From the NCBI GenBank assembly GCA_051362555.1, contig CM120643.1, positions 4,464,001 to 4,528,000 on the forward strand: a DNA stretch of 64,000 nucleotides, written 5' to 3'. Origin of the DNA: Lingula anatina. Taxonomy: Eukaryota; Animalia; Brachiopoda. Shown here piece after piece: positions 49,150 to 62,254 of this stretch (position 1 is its first letter; each line of letters begins with the position of its first letter). Below the pieces are notes generated by a model that saw only the letters and a list, made by a program, of their open reading frames with translations, searched no databases and was not told where the DNA came from. The translations under genes and the position numbers were made by a program.

Positions 49150-50830
49150 TACTTCAGATGTTTTAGGATAGCTACTGTTGGGCATTTCACCTTGGTTGAG
49201 GTGACTACCTTCTTCTTTGCTTTCATAGTCAGTAGCAGAGCCCAGACTTGTACTAGGATGTCAGGGTTGGCACTAAGTGTTGGTTGGGTGCTGGAGTGGA
49301 TCTTGTAAGTTCCATGTGCCTTGAAAAAATTTTCTGCTTTGGCTTCCCAGGCCAGAGCCTCCTGGAGAAAGATGGAAAACAGGGAAAATAGTTTCTGAGC
49401 CACCTGTACATTCTTATGAGTACTTTAAACAATTTTGACAATCACCACTGTAACAACTAACTATATGTAGTTAATGATGTAACTCAGTGCTCTTTTAATC
49501 AATTCTATGTTCCCTTTATTTGCTCTAAAGCAAGCATCAAATTCAGAATAGCAGCATATTGCTATGCACTGAACAAAACGTTTTTGCATTTTGTCTCTAG
49601 TGTATTTTGTTTTTCCTGGAAACTCTTGACCAGAAAATGGTGCTTTTTCTATTTGTTTTTTCAGAGCTTTGGTAAAGTGTCATGTGTCCCAAAAAATTTC
49701 AACAGCTGGGCTCGGCTGTCCCCATCAGTGGTAAAACTTGTCCCCAATGCTATAATAATTATTATTATAATTTTAAAATAATAATAATTATTATCATAAC
49801 ATGCAGTGCACATTATAAAAAATACTCACCTTGACTTCTCTCCAACCAGCTTAGGTCAATTGTACCAAAGCCCTCATTATCAGCTTCTGTTAGGTTGTTC
49901 ATTGTCACTGTAAGTAAGATAGTAGTAAGAGTATTGACAGTTGTTTAATTATTAAAAGTTACAGTCACACACATAAAATGAAATATTCATAATATTTAAA
50001 GAATGATACAATAACATGATTATTGCTTGACAGATTTTATAGAACTATTAATGTGCATTTAATTTCTTAGTTTTTGTTAGGCTGTTTTATTGACTTGTAA
50101 CGGGCTGTGATTGCCTTAGTTTTCTTCTCGTAGATTGGCTGTGCACACTCCACTGCTCTGGACAAGAGACATCTTCCCCTCTACTTCTGAGCAGGTGAGC
50201 AGTATGGCAGAGCTTGTTACCAGTGTAAACACCAATGATGTCTTTCTGGCTGGTCACATTCTCTGCCACAGTGTAAACAGTCTGAGTTGGTATGTTTTTT
50301 TGTTCCCTCCGGTGAACAGGTATTACTGTATCTCCCATCTCCTTCCACTGCTGGGCTGTCGTTCATACCCTCTGAGATCCTGAATGTGACTTAGGTTTTT
50401 AAGACTTTGCTCCATGTCAGCTTTGTTCAATTCTACATAGCCAGGGCATCCTTTGAAGTCTACTCTGGCTCTGACCTTGTGCGCTGTCCTTGCCAGCTGT
50501 CTGTTGATGTGGTCAGCCCACTCTGTACATCCAGCAATGTATTGTTTGGTCTCCCTCATCTCCTCATGGTGTGGGTTGTTAGAGGTACATGGAGAGCTCA
50601 GTGGTTAGCCCACTCTGTACATCCAGCAATGTATTGTTTGGTCTTCCTCACCTCCTCGTGGTGTGGTGCGGGGTGCTTAGGTATTCTACCTTTTGGAGGT
50701 CCTGTTGTGTGCCACTTTTTGGAGTAGTAGTATGACATGAACTTGCATTCTTCTTGAAATCTTCCAAATCCTCTTCCTTGTATGAAAAGTTAAAACCATT
50801 ATTGTAGAGGTCATCCAGCCTCTGATGCAC
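49150..50830 (-). pseudogene. decayed spliced coding remnants of unknown, probably transposon-accessory, gene(s)
   Basis: Minus-strand AG/GT-bounded segments (49830-49908; acceptor at 49404), coding-like composition at 50087-50830, internal ~70-bp duplication. Confidence 0.35.
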
Positions 50831-51341
50831 ACCTCTAAAGTTCTCACCCGTTGTTGTGCCAAAATATGTACGCTGCCAAAATATGTACGTGCTGCACTAT
50901 TTGGCACTGAAGCTGCCAAAATAAGTACGCTGTGAAAATAAGTATGCTGGTGACAGCTCCGTACTGACGATCTTTGGGCATTTTTTCTTTTAGTGAAACT
51001 GTATATCTATCGATATGAAACTTTATCAAATCTATCACAACAAGGGAGGATAATGTATAGGTTAATCATTTGAATGATTACACAGTGCAATTTTCTTAAG
51101 TTATAAGATTTATAAAGCAGGAATTGCCTAAAATGTAATAAACAAAATAATGACATGACCTATTGCAGATCAGTTTTACTTCTAGGTTCAGGTCATTAGA
51201 TCATATATTATTGGTGATTTATTTTAAAAATTGAGCTGCCAAAATTAGTCCTTGAACAAAGAAGTCATGGTGCGGGCTAGTGCCTATCCTTAGTCCAAAC
51301 CTTAAAATGAATTCAATACAAAAGATCTAAAAAAGAATTAG

Positions 51342-51479
51342 GTATGTCTCCATCCACTTGGTGTAGTAGTCTGACAGAGTGAGGACATATTTATTGCCAT
51401 TCTCTGATAACAGCAGAGGGCCTATCAGGTCAGTGCCAACAGTCTCCCATTTGCCAACAACTTTGATAGGCTGCAACAC
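51342..51479 (-). mobile_element. Ginger/GIN-like integrase core fragment
   Basis: VLQPIKVVGKWETVGTDLIGPLLLSENGNKYVLTLSDYYTKWMETY. Confidence 0.85.
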
Positions 51480-52430
51480 TTTTTTTAACAATGTTTATTC
51501 AAGGGATATGGAGGCAAAGCGCTAAAAGCATTAGATGCTCTCCACGTAAAACAAAATTAAATAAGTAAATAAATAAAACAAACAGATATGTATATGCATA
51601 TACACAAGAAGCACAGAAAAAAAAATATATATATAATAACAAAAAAAAAGAGATCAAAGGAGGTCATAACTAGTTAACGTACACAACTAAGTACAAACAT
51701 TAGAGATCAGATTTCAGTATTGGAACACAAAAGTTACCAGAAATAATTAAATACAGAAAGAAAGAAAATAAAAGGCAGAAGAAAAGGATCGTAACTAATT
51801 TACGTATACAACACAACTAAATACAATTTGGATTACATTAATAACAAAGAAAATTACATGAAATCAGAAAATGAAATCAGTTCAGTCAAGTAGAGAAAAG
51901 ATAGTGCTTATTGAGTGATGTCAAGGTTTTCGAGTGGAAAATTTGCAATGGTTTCGAAGATCATTTCATTTTGGGTAGTTGATAGAGATCTATCCACGTT
52001 ATTCCAACTCCTAGATTATGACTTTCACTTACTATATCACTTGCAAAAATAGAGAATAAAGTTGGCGAGATGTTGTTGCCTTGCCTTACACCAGTACGAC
52101 AGTTGAACCAGTCAGTATACGTGTCATTGATTTTGACACAGGCAGTTGTTTGATAGTATATGTTTTTCAGTACTCGATAAAATTTCCATCTACCCCATTT
52201 ATCAATAACTTATACAACCTAATATCTCTATCAATGTAATCGAAAAATTTTTTTAGATTAATAAATGCTGCGAATACCTCTGTGTTATTCTTAACAATAC
52301 TATTGAGTGCAAAGACATGATCTTCACATGATGTATGTTTCCTGAAACCATTTTGCTCATCTGCATGTAAGTTATTGTTATTCAGGTAAGCAGACAGTCG
52401 ATTACACAATAACGTGTTATATGTTAAATA
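51480..52430 (-). mobile_element. truncated LINE (RTE-X-like RT fragment plus 3'UTR and short A tail)
   Basis: DEQNGFRKHTSCEDHVF..FINLKKFFDYIDR; GVRQGNNISPTLF; AATAAA..A7 end at 51480-51500. Confidence 0.8.
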
Positions 52431-52984
52431 TTTGTGGTGTGGCACAAGTAAATGGGAAAGTAATTGTAATTTTCTTTTAAATCCTAGCTATATAGAAGAG
52501 AGGGAGGGGTGGTGTATTACAGTATTTTATCAAAGAAACCATCACTGATTTCATTCTACTTTATAAAAGTCTTGTATCTAGGAAAACTTGTTTCAGCATA
52601 TTCATTAATTTTATATAACTTTTCTCACAGACCAGCATTTGTTGGTCTAAGTAACCAATACACATTTTGTACAAGGATCTAAGGAATAGTAAAAAATGCT
52701 AAAAGCAAAAGGCTGTTACAGTAACAACAACAAAAAAATCATATGTATACGTATAGATATATAGTTCAAATGAAAAGATTCCAAATCTTCGCGTTATAAT
52801 GATCGTTTTCTCTATAATGAAGTGAGTTACCTGAAACAGTGTACCTTTATAGTCTACCTGTAACTTTGTTATTTCAGTCAGTGTCCAAGGAGAGATTTTA
52901 TCTACAGAAAACAGCAGATCGTTTACACTAGTGTCTATAGCATACACATGTCACATGACCCCTCCATCTGCTATGGGAGGTCTG

Positions 52985-53140
52985 AATCCATAATGTGTAC
53001 TGGTGGCTAGATGTGTGCCTTACTTAACTATTTTGGCTCTGATTAAATCGGGTGCATCCTTGCATACACTGATTTCAAACTGGCCGTCTAGCAGATGCTC
53101 ATCAGTATATTGGTTAGCTTCCTTTATCTGGTAAACTTCT
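52985..53140 (-). mobile_element. ISL2EU/Harbinger-type transposase remnant (region preceding the SWIM finger)
   Basis: VYQIKEANQYTDEHLLDGQFEISVCKDAPDLIRAKI/RHTSSHQYTLWIQ. Confidence 0.55.
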
Positions 53141-53819
53141 GGTAATATTAATTATAGGCTGGTGGTTTCTTGTTTGGACTATTTAAACCTAAGAAATAAG
53201 AATAGAAATAAAATATACTAACTGCATTTAGACTCCATTTCTCGTCCATATTTTCCGTTTTTGATAGCATGCATAATATGAAAATGAATTTTCTATTTCT
53301 GCTTGCCACTGAAAATATTTTACTAATTCCAACCCCTGCTTCCCTTTCAAAGACCCCTATACTTTTTTTTCTTTTGAGTTGTTCTTTTTGTAGAAAAGTT
53401 ACACTTCCATCTATCTGTCCTATGTAAGCATGTAGCAGCTACCTTATGGCAGGAATAAACATGGCCGCCTGCTAGCATATGGACTGAAAATGTCCACATA
53501 AGTTTTGAGTAGATATCAAGCCCAACCTGATTTTCACATATATCTCACCTTATATTCATGTCTTTTCAACCGTGAATAATTAGCTTGTCTGAGGCAGGGG
53601 CTAATATAAAAAATGAACATCTTTTATCCTCAAGTCATTGTGAGATTCTTCTTTTAATCAGCACTGCATGTAAGAATAAAGCGATCAAAATATTGATCAC
53701 TAACAATGATTGGCCACTATTGCCTTTGTCATAGTAAAGAAAAAGCAAACAAACACATATCTGAACAGTTGAAAAAATTAAAAAAGCATTGAAGGGAGGT
53801 AGAAAGACATAAAATAAAC

Positions 53820-54078
53820 CTGGGCGCAATCTTGATCCCTGATACTGCCTCATTTATGCCGTAGAGGAGTAGTCCCTCATAAAACAAATCTTCTAACACC
53901 TGGCTGTCCATTTTGTTGAGGAATTTAATGGCCACCAAGTTGCCCAACGACAGCTCAGAGTCCAAGAAGACGCTGCCAAAGGCCCTCTACGCTAGCTGGT
54001 GATGGATTTTGAAGTTCTCTTCGTTGAGCAGACCTGGGAATGGGGCTTTTTCGTAGAACAGATCAACATCCTTCTTGT
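53820..54078 (-). pseudogene. protein kinase N-lobe pseudo-exon
   Basis: TTGCAG|..FKIHHQLA*RAFGSVFLDSELSLGNLVAIKFLNK..FYEG (subdomains I-III); TAG in the Gly loop at 53987-53989. Confidence 0.7.
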
Positions 54079-54499
54079 CTGCAATATAAGGATAGTTGTT
54101 TGGATAATTGGATATTGCAATAATTGTAAAAATAATTCTAATGTAAATTGTAAGAGTGAAAAGTTGCACATTTCTGCAAGAGACCACTCTGATCCGCAAT
54201 AGAAAGGCAATTTAAAAAAGGCAATTTCCCTGCAACAACTTATGTACCGGCTTAAAAGTTAAAGATGTTTTTGCAGCCACTAGAGGTTCATTACCTATAA
54301 AGATTACAGGAAATTGTTAATGTCATGTTAAAATCTAACACCTTGAATATGTCATACAATAGGGTAATTCTCATAAATAATGTGCTAATAGATGTAACAC
54401 AAACAAACTACAAATGTATGTGGTATAGTAAGCAAATGCTTATTATTTCTTGGTGGTTCTTTAGATGTAGGAAATATATTAGTAAGAAATATTACATAC

Positions 54500-55180
54500 A
54501 GGTAGATGGTGGTTCTTCTGTTTCTCGGCCCCCAACAACACCTTAGAGGGCCAATTCCCCTATAATCTCTCAATTAACTGAAATTTAATAAACAAAATAA
54601 AGATACACCTCACTTTAAGTAATATACAGCAATAGGTAATCAGTTTTGTTTATAACACCTTGCCTTTTTCATTATTTTTATTTATTATTATTATTTTTTT
54701 TTTTTACAATTATATTTAAAACATACCTTTTGTTCTAAAGGGGATAGTTCTTTGGGCAGGGACCGCCCCCTGTCTTCCCCATACTTTCTCCGTTGTTTTT
54801 CTGTGTGTTTTGTCTTGGAACATAAATCTATTCATTTCCTACGTACACTTGTGTTGTCTCGGGGAACTTTGGACACAGTTGACGCTACAAGCAGGAAGAT
54901 AGAGACCGATGTATGTTCCGATATTCACCAAGAACCCTTTAACTTCACATTAATGTTTCCAATTCTCTTCAATATGCTGTGTGTAATGATGTAATTCCCT
55001 ATGTTTATAAAAGAAGTAATTAAGTGGAGGATGGAATTGTAAGATTAAAATATATCAATAGTCAAGTCATCTATCTATTCTAGTGCTTTTGATTTTAAAA
55101 ATTCGGCACTAACCTTCTTGTAATTTCCTGCCACGCCTTCATTTTTGCCTCATTGGTTTTGCAAACAAAAATTTCTTAGA
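54500..55180 (-). mobile_element. Harbinger-type Myb/SANT accessory gene remnant (3 exons)
   Basis: TNEAKMKAWQEITR|GTTAGT (exon ends 55114); AG|VNCV..VRRK*IDLCSKTK..KTGGGP..KELSPLEQK|GTATGT (54884-54727); LIE..GVVGGRET. Confidence 0.7.
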
Positions 55181-56189
55181 TTCCAATCACCTGTTCTCAC
55201 AAATGTATAAAAAGCAATCTCTGTGAACAAAATTTAACCAAAAAGACCATGTTTTATTTTGTGGGATAACTCTCTGGTAAACTCTGAGAATTCTGTTTGA
55301 GTTTCTTAAATATCATCAAAAAAATTACAGGTAAAAATCATTCTTCTCACCATTCCTTTCTCACAGTACCAATGTAAGTTACCTGTGATTTTCTTCTTTA
55401 ACTCCTAAAATTCATTATTAGTAATACATAGAAAACTAATTACATTCCAGGCAAAAGGGTCTGTAAACTCAAAATTGAATTTGACAGGGTCAAAAGATGC
55501 TATATTGAGAACAGATTGATTTTTTTCTATTTCCTTTGCCATTGATAATAATCTGGATTGGACTTCAAGTAAAAGTATTGTTTTGTCAATTTTGTCATTA
55601 CTCCCAGAATAACCATTTTTCCCCCATTTGCAGGTTGTTTTTCTTTACTTAAAATCTTGTTGACTTTTAAAAGCTGCTGAATTCTCTTCAGTGTTCTTTT
55701 GGAATGTTTTCTTGTGGTTCATCATTTTTAACAAAATTTTAGATGGATCACAGTTGGAGTTTATTATCAAAGTGCAGCAAGTGCAACACAAAATTTTGTT
55801 TCAGTACCTTCTTCCAATTAAGCCAAATAACATAGCTCATGCTGAGTAACATAAGTCCCAAAAAAGCACAGATAAATGCAAATGCAAGTTTGTTGTACAG
55901 CATGAACTTTGGTGGAGGCATTTTCAAGGCAAAAGCTAACAAAGAAAAGAAAGGATAGAGCTTAAAAATGGAAAGCAAGGAAGAAACCAACATGCAATAT
56001 GTAAAATTGTCAGCATCAGTTCTTGACCTTTTCTTTTTCAGCCTTGTAAGGGTGTTCTGTGTTGGTGTAATCTTGGTAACAAGCTCTGTGATATGCTTCA
56101 ACTTGCCCATCTTACCAGTGACTCTTGATTGTATTGTAGCATGCATCTTGGCAAATGCCAGCTGCTTTTTTAAATGTATCCCAGCTTCA

Positions 56190-57115
56190 TAATATGAAGT
56201 TTTGATACACAGTTGCAGGCACAATTTCAAACAGTGATATTGGACCTGTGTACAGAAGGAACTGCCGAAACTCAGTTGCTTTCCAGTATGCAATTTCAAA
56301 GAGTGATCAAGGTTTCCTTGCAAACTCTGATGGTATACTGTCTTTTAAGGCCACTAAACGTCTTGATATTTCTTGCAATACCCTATTAACAATTCTACAG
56401 GATAACGGGCCCTTCATCCACAGATTTAACAGCCTTTTCACTACCCCCAGACAAACAAGGTGCATATAATCAAGAGGAAAACATGACACCATTCTAATGT
56501 TTAGCTGAGATAAAGGGGTGGGTCCCATGTGATGGTCTTCATCATTTTTTTTTATCAAAAGAAATATCGGTTCTGACTGTAGCATTGGTTTCAGGAAAAG
56601 GCATTTTTCCCATCCACTTGCCTGCTTGAATATACTTATCACACCCATGATAACCAGAGAAAGACTTGACATTTTTCACAAAGGGACTGGCAGGTGTATC
56701 ACAAATGAATGAATGGATAGCAATAAATAAATAAATGTTTCCCATGACAGGGGAAACCTCCCTGAATTTGTTTAAATTCATCAATAAAATCATGAAAATA
56801 TTCGTTGATATCATTGGGCTTTGCTGTGCCTGAATATAATGCAATGATAAAAGGCTTACTGTATTGGTTAGGAATATTTACAATTCTCTCCATTATAGGC
56901 CAGAAATTATGACCAGTACTCTTAAACAGAGGGAGCCCATCTACATTTATCTGGAGGCTAGGAACAAAATTGTCAGATATACGCTGAATGTCTTGGATTT
57001 GATGGCAAAGGCTGTGAACAATCCCAAAATAAAAATAGTCTCCACCACATTTACTTATAATGTCATATTGGGTAGTTGTTTTTTCTTTAATATTCTTGGG
57101 TCCTTAGGCAAATGA
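56190..57115 (-). mobile_element. CMC/EnSpm(CACTA)-like DDE transposase, frameshifted
   Basis: DGLPLFKS..FWPI; FICDTPASPFVKNVKSFSGYHGCDK; PLDYMHLVCLGVVKRLL; PSEFARKP; WKATEFRQFLLYTG. Confidence 0.85.
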
Positions 57116-57379
57116 AGATGGTAAAAATCTGTTAAATGACCAATGCTTATTTATGAAATTCAATGGTGTATATGATAACTTACATGTAGATTCAACAGTG
57201 GCCATGCAGGTATTTGTGGGAGGTAGAGGAAATGGAGACTTGTAGTCTTCTCTTGATTAAAAAAAATTATCCCATTATCTAAAAATCTGTGTGTTATCCT
57301 GGGTCAGTTCCATTTTACACTTTTCTAGGTCCTTCTTAAATATTTTTGTGTCCATGAGGGTTCCATCTGGTTCTAGGAC

Positions 57380-57560
57380 CTGTAATTGTGGTATTTCTTT
57401 ATGTTCATATCCCTGTGTCATTCTTGGAGTTAGAGAGCCATACACAAGTTCTTTGTTGCTAAAACTTGCAGACACAACCCAACGTGATCCAGCATGATGA
57501 ATGTGAATTCCAGCTGTAACTACAGGTTGCAGGCCTATCCAGATAAAGCATACGGCTTGG
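57380..57560 (-). mobile_element. Ulp1/SENP-like protease remnant (as carried by Ginger-type transposons)
   Basis: QPVVTAGIHIHHAGSRWVVS..LVYGSL resembles IQIHH.G..HWVxS..VYDSL. Confidence 0.45.
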
Positions 57561-57754
57561 TGAGGTGCAGTTACAACATTCAAAACGTTTTCAATAAAAT
57601 GAATTTTTGTGCAACAAGACGTAGAAGATGAGGTTCATATACACACGACAGATACGAGTGCAATCTGATGAACTCCACAGTTTAGAGATATAACTGTAAG
57701 TATTGTAGCAATGTCCAGCACAAGGCCAAAATAATAGTTCAAGTTCCTAATTGT

Positions 57755-58640
57755 TACTTTCTTCCACCTCCATCTTTTCTTTCTGGTGCCCATTTTAGAT
57801 AGTTAACGATGCTTCCTTCTCTGTACAGCTATATCTTGACATCATGACATCTGGAAAAAAAAGTGAAGTAGAAATGTAAGCATATATGTATCGAACGTAC
57901 GCTGGCAGGCGTGCCTATCATAGCTCATTGAGGGATTCTAAGAATGAGGTTAAGATTGGGTGTTAAATTCCAGCTAGGGTGCAAAATGTAAGAACTATTT
58001 TTTTAGACTTAGCTGCCTAAACTGGAGCTGATAGATAGCTGATATGTTTATTACAAAAAACAAATCAGGCACAAATTACAGCAGTAAATGTTAAACACAA
58101 TGCAACATTAATTTAATTACCTTTGATCACCTTAAAGAAGTTGCTGTGCCCAAACGGAAATTTATTTCTCTTCCCTGAAAAATTCATCCCAGCCATGACT
58201 GTTGGTCATACACCTACAAATAATATTTATAAAATAAAGGATATATTGAATAAAATCAGAAATGTCTTGGTTTGATCAAGAAAAGTCCAAAAAATTGGAA
58301 TAATAACCTGCACTTATTTTTAAAATTCTGATAAAAAGGTTTATACTGCCAAACAAACCAGTATAACGTAGCTATACACATGTAGGTTCGACTTTGTAAT
58401 GTAATTAATTTACTAACATGGACAGAAATGTGTCAAGTGTAAAAGTATTAGTTATCATTCCATAAAGGTTTGATCATAACTTATACCTGAGTTCTAGGTT
58501 TCAGATATGTATTTTACACATTAAACACAGGAAAAAATTAAGTAAATGCATATATATTAGTATTTGTCCTACCTTTGCATGGCCTTTTTAGTGTGATCAC
58601 ACATGTTGATACCTCCTATCTCAGCAACTGTGGCTTTCTA
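57755..58640 (-). mobile_element. DUF4806-like EnSpm accessory gene remnant (3 exons)
   Basis: AEIGGINMCDHTKKAMQR|GT; AG|CMTN/MAGMNFSGKRNKFPF..FKVIK|GT; AG|..LKWAPERK. Confidence 0.6.
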
Positions 58641-59044
58641 TCAAATGGAAAAAATAAATGTCATTATTATAAAAATAATAACTAGTTTTTGTAATTATAT
58701 TATTGAAACTGTGTGGCAAAACTTGCAAATATAAAGGCATCAAACAGCAAAACATGCTTTCTTTTTGGTAATTTTAGGTACTGATGTTATATATGAAATG
58801 CCCACAGTCACAAGATGGACAGAGACATACATATGTCACGCTGATCCATATTGCATGAACTAATAAAAAGGGAAAAAATCTTCATATTTGAGTGTTGAAA
58901 GTGTAACTGTAAGGAACTGGAAAAAATGAAAAATATCTATTCTTACCAAGAGACTAGACTGTTCTTGTACCTGTTCTTGTACATGAGACATTTCACATGT
59001 TTCTTTTGGCTTTCCCACATTTCCGTAATTTTTTCTGTGTTTAA

Positions 59045-60060
59045 CCAAGTGTGTCCTGTCCTGCAGGATCACTGTAGGCTACCAGCAGCTGGTTAATTAG
59101 ATTTAATGTTTCTTTCTCACCCCTGGTGGTACGTCTGCAATGCAAAGCAAGCTCTTTCCTAGTCAGTCGTTTCATATTTTCATCTCTGTCAGTCGATGGG
59201 TGCAGTTCATTTGCCTTGGCATCAAGTAAGAGCTGGAGGTTGTCTCTGTCCCAAGTGAAGATGTACTTGCTGAGGGTGGATATGAAGACACTGTATAGGG
59301 GGTGGGAATCAGTGGTGCAGCCAGTAGATAGGCACCTCATAAAATGCCAGATGTCCAGCCTGATGACTGTATCTTCCCAACCGTGAAAAATCTTCTTCAG
59401 GTATGTTTTACTACAGCAGTCCCTATCTACATGTACCAAAGTTGGAGGGGGGACACCTGTATCCCTGTACCTAAGTAACCAACCCTTGTGCCATTTTGGT
59501 CAAGCCGTGGCCCTCACCTGCAGTCATTACAGAGTTCAGGACTTGACTGTGCTCATTTCCAACATTTGTGCACCACATTGTGGTCTTGGTTACTGCACCA
59601 GCTTATTTCTTGATAACCTTTTTAGTTGAATCAAGCTTTGAAATATTTCCAAACTGACTTGTCTGCACTGCTTTCAGTCCGGGAAGCCTGTCCATGACAT
59701 CAATGGCATATATATGCATGCATCAGCCATCTTGGTTGGTAAACATACTCTCTGGGCAGAGGCTGAACAAACACTGGAGGGGCAATGAGACCTGTCTGGG
59801 AAGCTTTGTGGAAGGCATCGCAGTCTGTATCATACTGGACAACCTTCCTGAGCCAGGCGTCTGTGTGTTGTACACGAAGCTTTTTTTGTATTTGTGAGCT
59901 GCTGTTTCTTAGGCCCCTCTCTCGTAGGAGACTGATCACTTTAACATCGTGGGCCAACTTTGCTATTAGAACAGCTGGGAAGTAAAGTGGGTGGCCAACA
60001 TCCAGCTGTTGGATTATGTCCCTGCTCCAACTCACCAGTTTCCAAACCAGAGGCCAAGAG
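59045..60060 (-). mobile_element. DUF6729-family putative transposase remnant (superfamily uncertain)
   Basis: KLDSTKKV..TNVGNEHSQVL..EG; VDRDCC; IRLDIWHFMR; ELALHCRRTTRG. Confidence 0.7.
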
Positions 60061-60252
60061 GAGTGTATCTAAAAGATAAGAGACAAAAATTGACATTTGA
60101 CTTGCCAGCACCAGCAGGGTTTAGAGCATGTGATGGGACACCCCCAACAGAGCAACCCACAGCTGATGTAACCAGCCTAGAATTGCCAATTGGATCACGT
60201 TCGACAGCTCTAGGCCATCGTTATTTGTCACTATACCAGAAACTCTACACTA

Positions 60253-60528
60253 ATTTTTATTACAAGCTCGCAAATTTCTATCAGCTATGTTCATGGTGGT
60301 CACCATTTTCCTGGTCAATCTATGTTGTTTGGGAAAGTACCGGTAAACTGCTTTCTGAATAAATTCTACCCTAGGTTTGTCCATAGGGCCCTGCTTGTTG
60401 GCCCCTCTGCTGGAGCCTTCAATGTTCTTGGTAAGGTCAGTCCTTTCCTCTCTGCTGAACAGCTGCCCTGTGAGCTTTACGCAAAAATTGGTCGCCCCTG
60501 TGGAGTTTTGTTTTGCTAAATTAGACAA
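60253..60528 (-). pseudogene. BEN-domain coding remnant
   Basis: NFCVKLTGQLFSREER..NIEG..MDKPRVEFIQKAVYRYFP fits the BEN consensus. Confidence 0.65.
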
Positions 60529-60604
60529 GGGGATTCAAAAATAATGGAGGATAATACAGCTATAACTGGTGATGGGTATTTCAATGTTTTCAGTTGCGGT
60601 ATAC

Positions 60605-61567
60605 CAGGGCTCTACAAAAACTTTTTCAGCCACTTGCCCTTTGGCAAGTGACTGGCAAAATCTACTTGCCCAAATTTTACCATGCAAAAAATGAACAGAT
60701 AGTTTATATCTTTCTTCATTTCAATTTTATTCTGATGTTTGGGATTTTTATTCTGTGAAATATCTGAAATAGTATAGTATTATTACTGTCGTGTGGAATT
60801 CATATTGATATCAAAGTTACTGCTAATAGTGCTATAAATGAATATAATTTAGGGCGTGGCTGTCATCTATATTCAGTCAAATGGAGTATTTTGTTCCTAT
60901 GTTAAGTTCCTATTTGCTGTCATTTATAAAGTAGCAGACATGGGATATTTAGTTACATATATTGTAGGCATTATTTTGTATCAGTTTGACATAATGTGGA
61001 GTTTAGACTTGTAAGGTCAATTCAGTTGAGTCATAGATTTAGTTGTCATTTGTCATTTATTTTCTTTCATTTAAATTTATTTAATGTCTATATATTTATA
61101 CATATATAAGTGCTCATTATTTAACAGTTGTATAAGCATATGTTTTGTACATTTTTGCAGATTTGAAGCAATATCTCAGACATATCCAAGCCTATCTCCA
61201 CTATCTCTGACATTACAAATATCTCTGAGTACAAATATTGTCATTCTTTCTTGTTCCAATAACTCCGAAGTCAAATTTCCCAGCTTCTAGAAGAGTCGCA
61301 ATTATCACTAACGCGACGGCGTCTGGTCACACCCAAGTCTCTGCAGCAACTCATAAAAATAAGCCATTATAATTTGGAGATCAGCATTTCCGTGTACAGC
61401 CAATTGAGCTATTTATGGAGATTTCACGATTTTATGAAATTAAATATACATTCTTATACTTTATTTTGACACTTGCCCAATCAGGCAAGCATTCAGGTGA
61501 GTGGACTTGCCCGACATCAATGTCTACTTGCCCCGGGCAATCAGGAAATCCTTATTGTTGAGCCCTG
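60605..61567. mobile_element. hAT-type MITE
   Basis: TIRs CAGGGCTC(T/A)ACAA; repeated subterminal ACTTGCCC at both ends; TSD not preserved. Confidence 0.75.
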
Positions 61568-61699
61568 GACAGTTACATAGATAAGCATTCTTGGGCAGGG
61601 TAATGTAGTACAGGTTGCTCGTTAAAATGAAAACACTAACATGCTGTGATGTTTCCATTACTACAGCTAAATGAAGTTAATTATGTGCTCGGTGAGGCA

Positions 61700-62110
61700 T
61701 GGCAACAAACACATGCTGATGGTCACATTTAATACCACGATCCGTTAACATGTGATAGCTGATACAAGAAGGCGCACATCTTGGTAGTGAGAGCTTTATC
61801 ATAAAGTAAAGTGTTTTACTCTATTCTAACACAGGTGATGTTTTACAGTAGGTTTATTCACAAAAACGTCGTAGTCGAAGGTCATAAATAGCTTCACCTT
61901 CCTCGCCACCATATAAAGGCACTAGTGCCTTTTCACGGCCTCAATTATCCTTTCTTGACATGAATTGTCACTGGCAAATGTGATTGCCTGCTGTTTCAAA
62001 AAAGGACTTCTCATGCCCATTAGAAATACCTGTTTTCCTATTCCATAGGGAAATGATGTGTCACATTCCAAGATGGAATGGATGAAGAGAATATTGTCGC
62101 ATATATCACT
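61700..62110 (-). mobile_element. Academ(X)-like transposase C-terminal remnant (XPG/H3TH-like plus Cys-rich)
   Basis: ILFIHSILECDT..PYGIGK; LYGGEEGEAIYDLRLRRFCE; RGIKC..ACVCC. Confidence 0.6.
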
Positions 62111-62254
62111 TCCTAACTTGGCCCTTGTTGTTCTAATGTTCCAGCATTTTGATGGCCCTTTGGCATTGCTCTTTTGTTGGGGTTATCTTTATGGCCCCTC
62201 TACTATGATGCTAATCAGTTTCTGAATAAATTTGTGGAAGAAAGGGGCCATAAA

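Noticed and set aside
55748-56323. 191-aa ORF as a real gene
   Set aside because: It starts out of frame within the EnSpm transposase and runs into unrelated sequence; no recognisable domain.
1606-61290. Remaining short ORFs (60-120 aa) in the track
   Set aside because: Low-complexity, microsatellite-derived or antisense to real or pseudo coding sequence, many with non-ATG starts.
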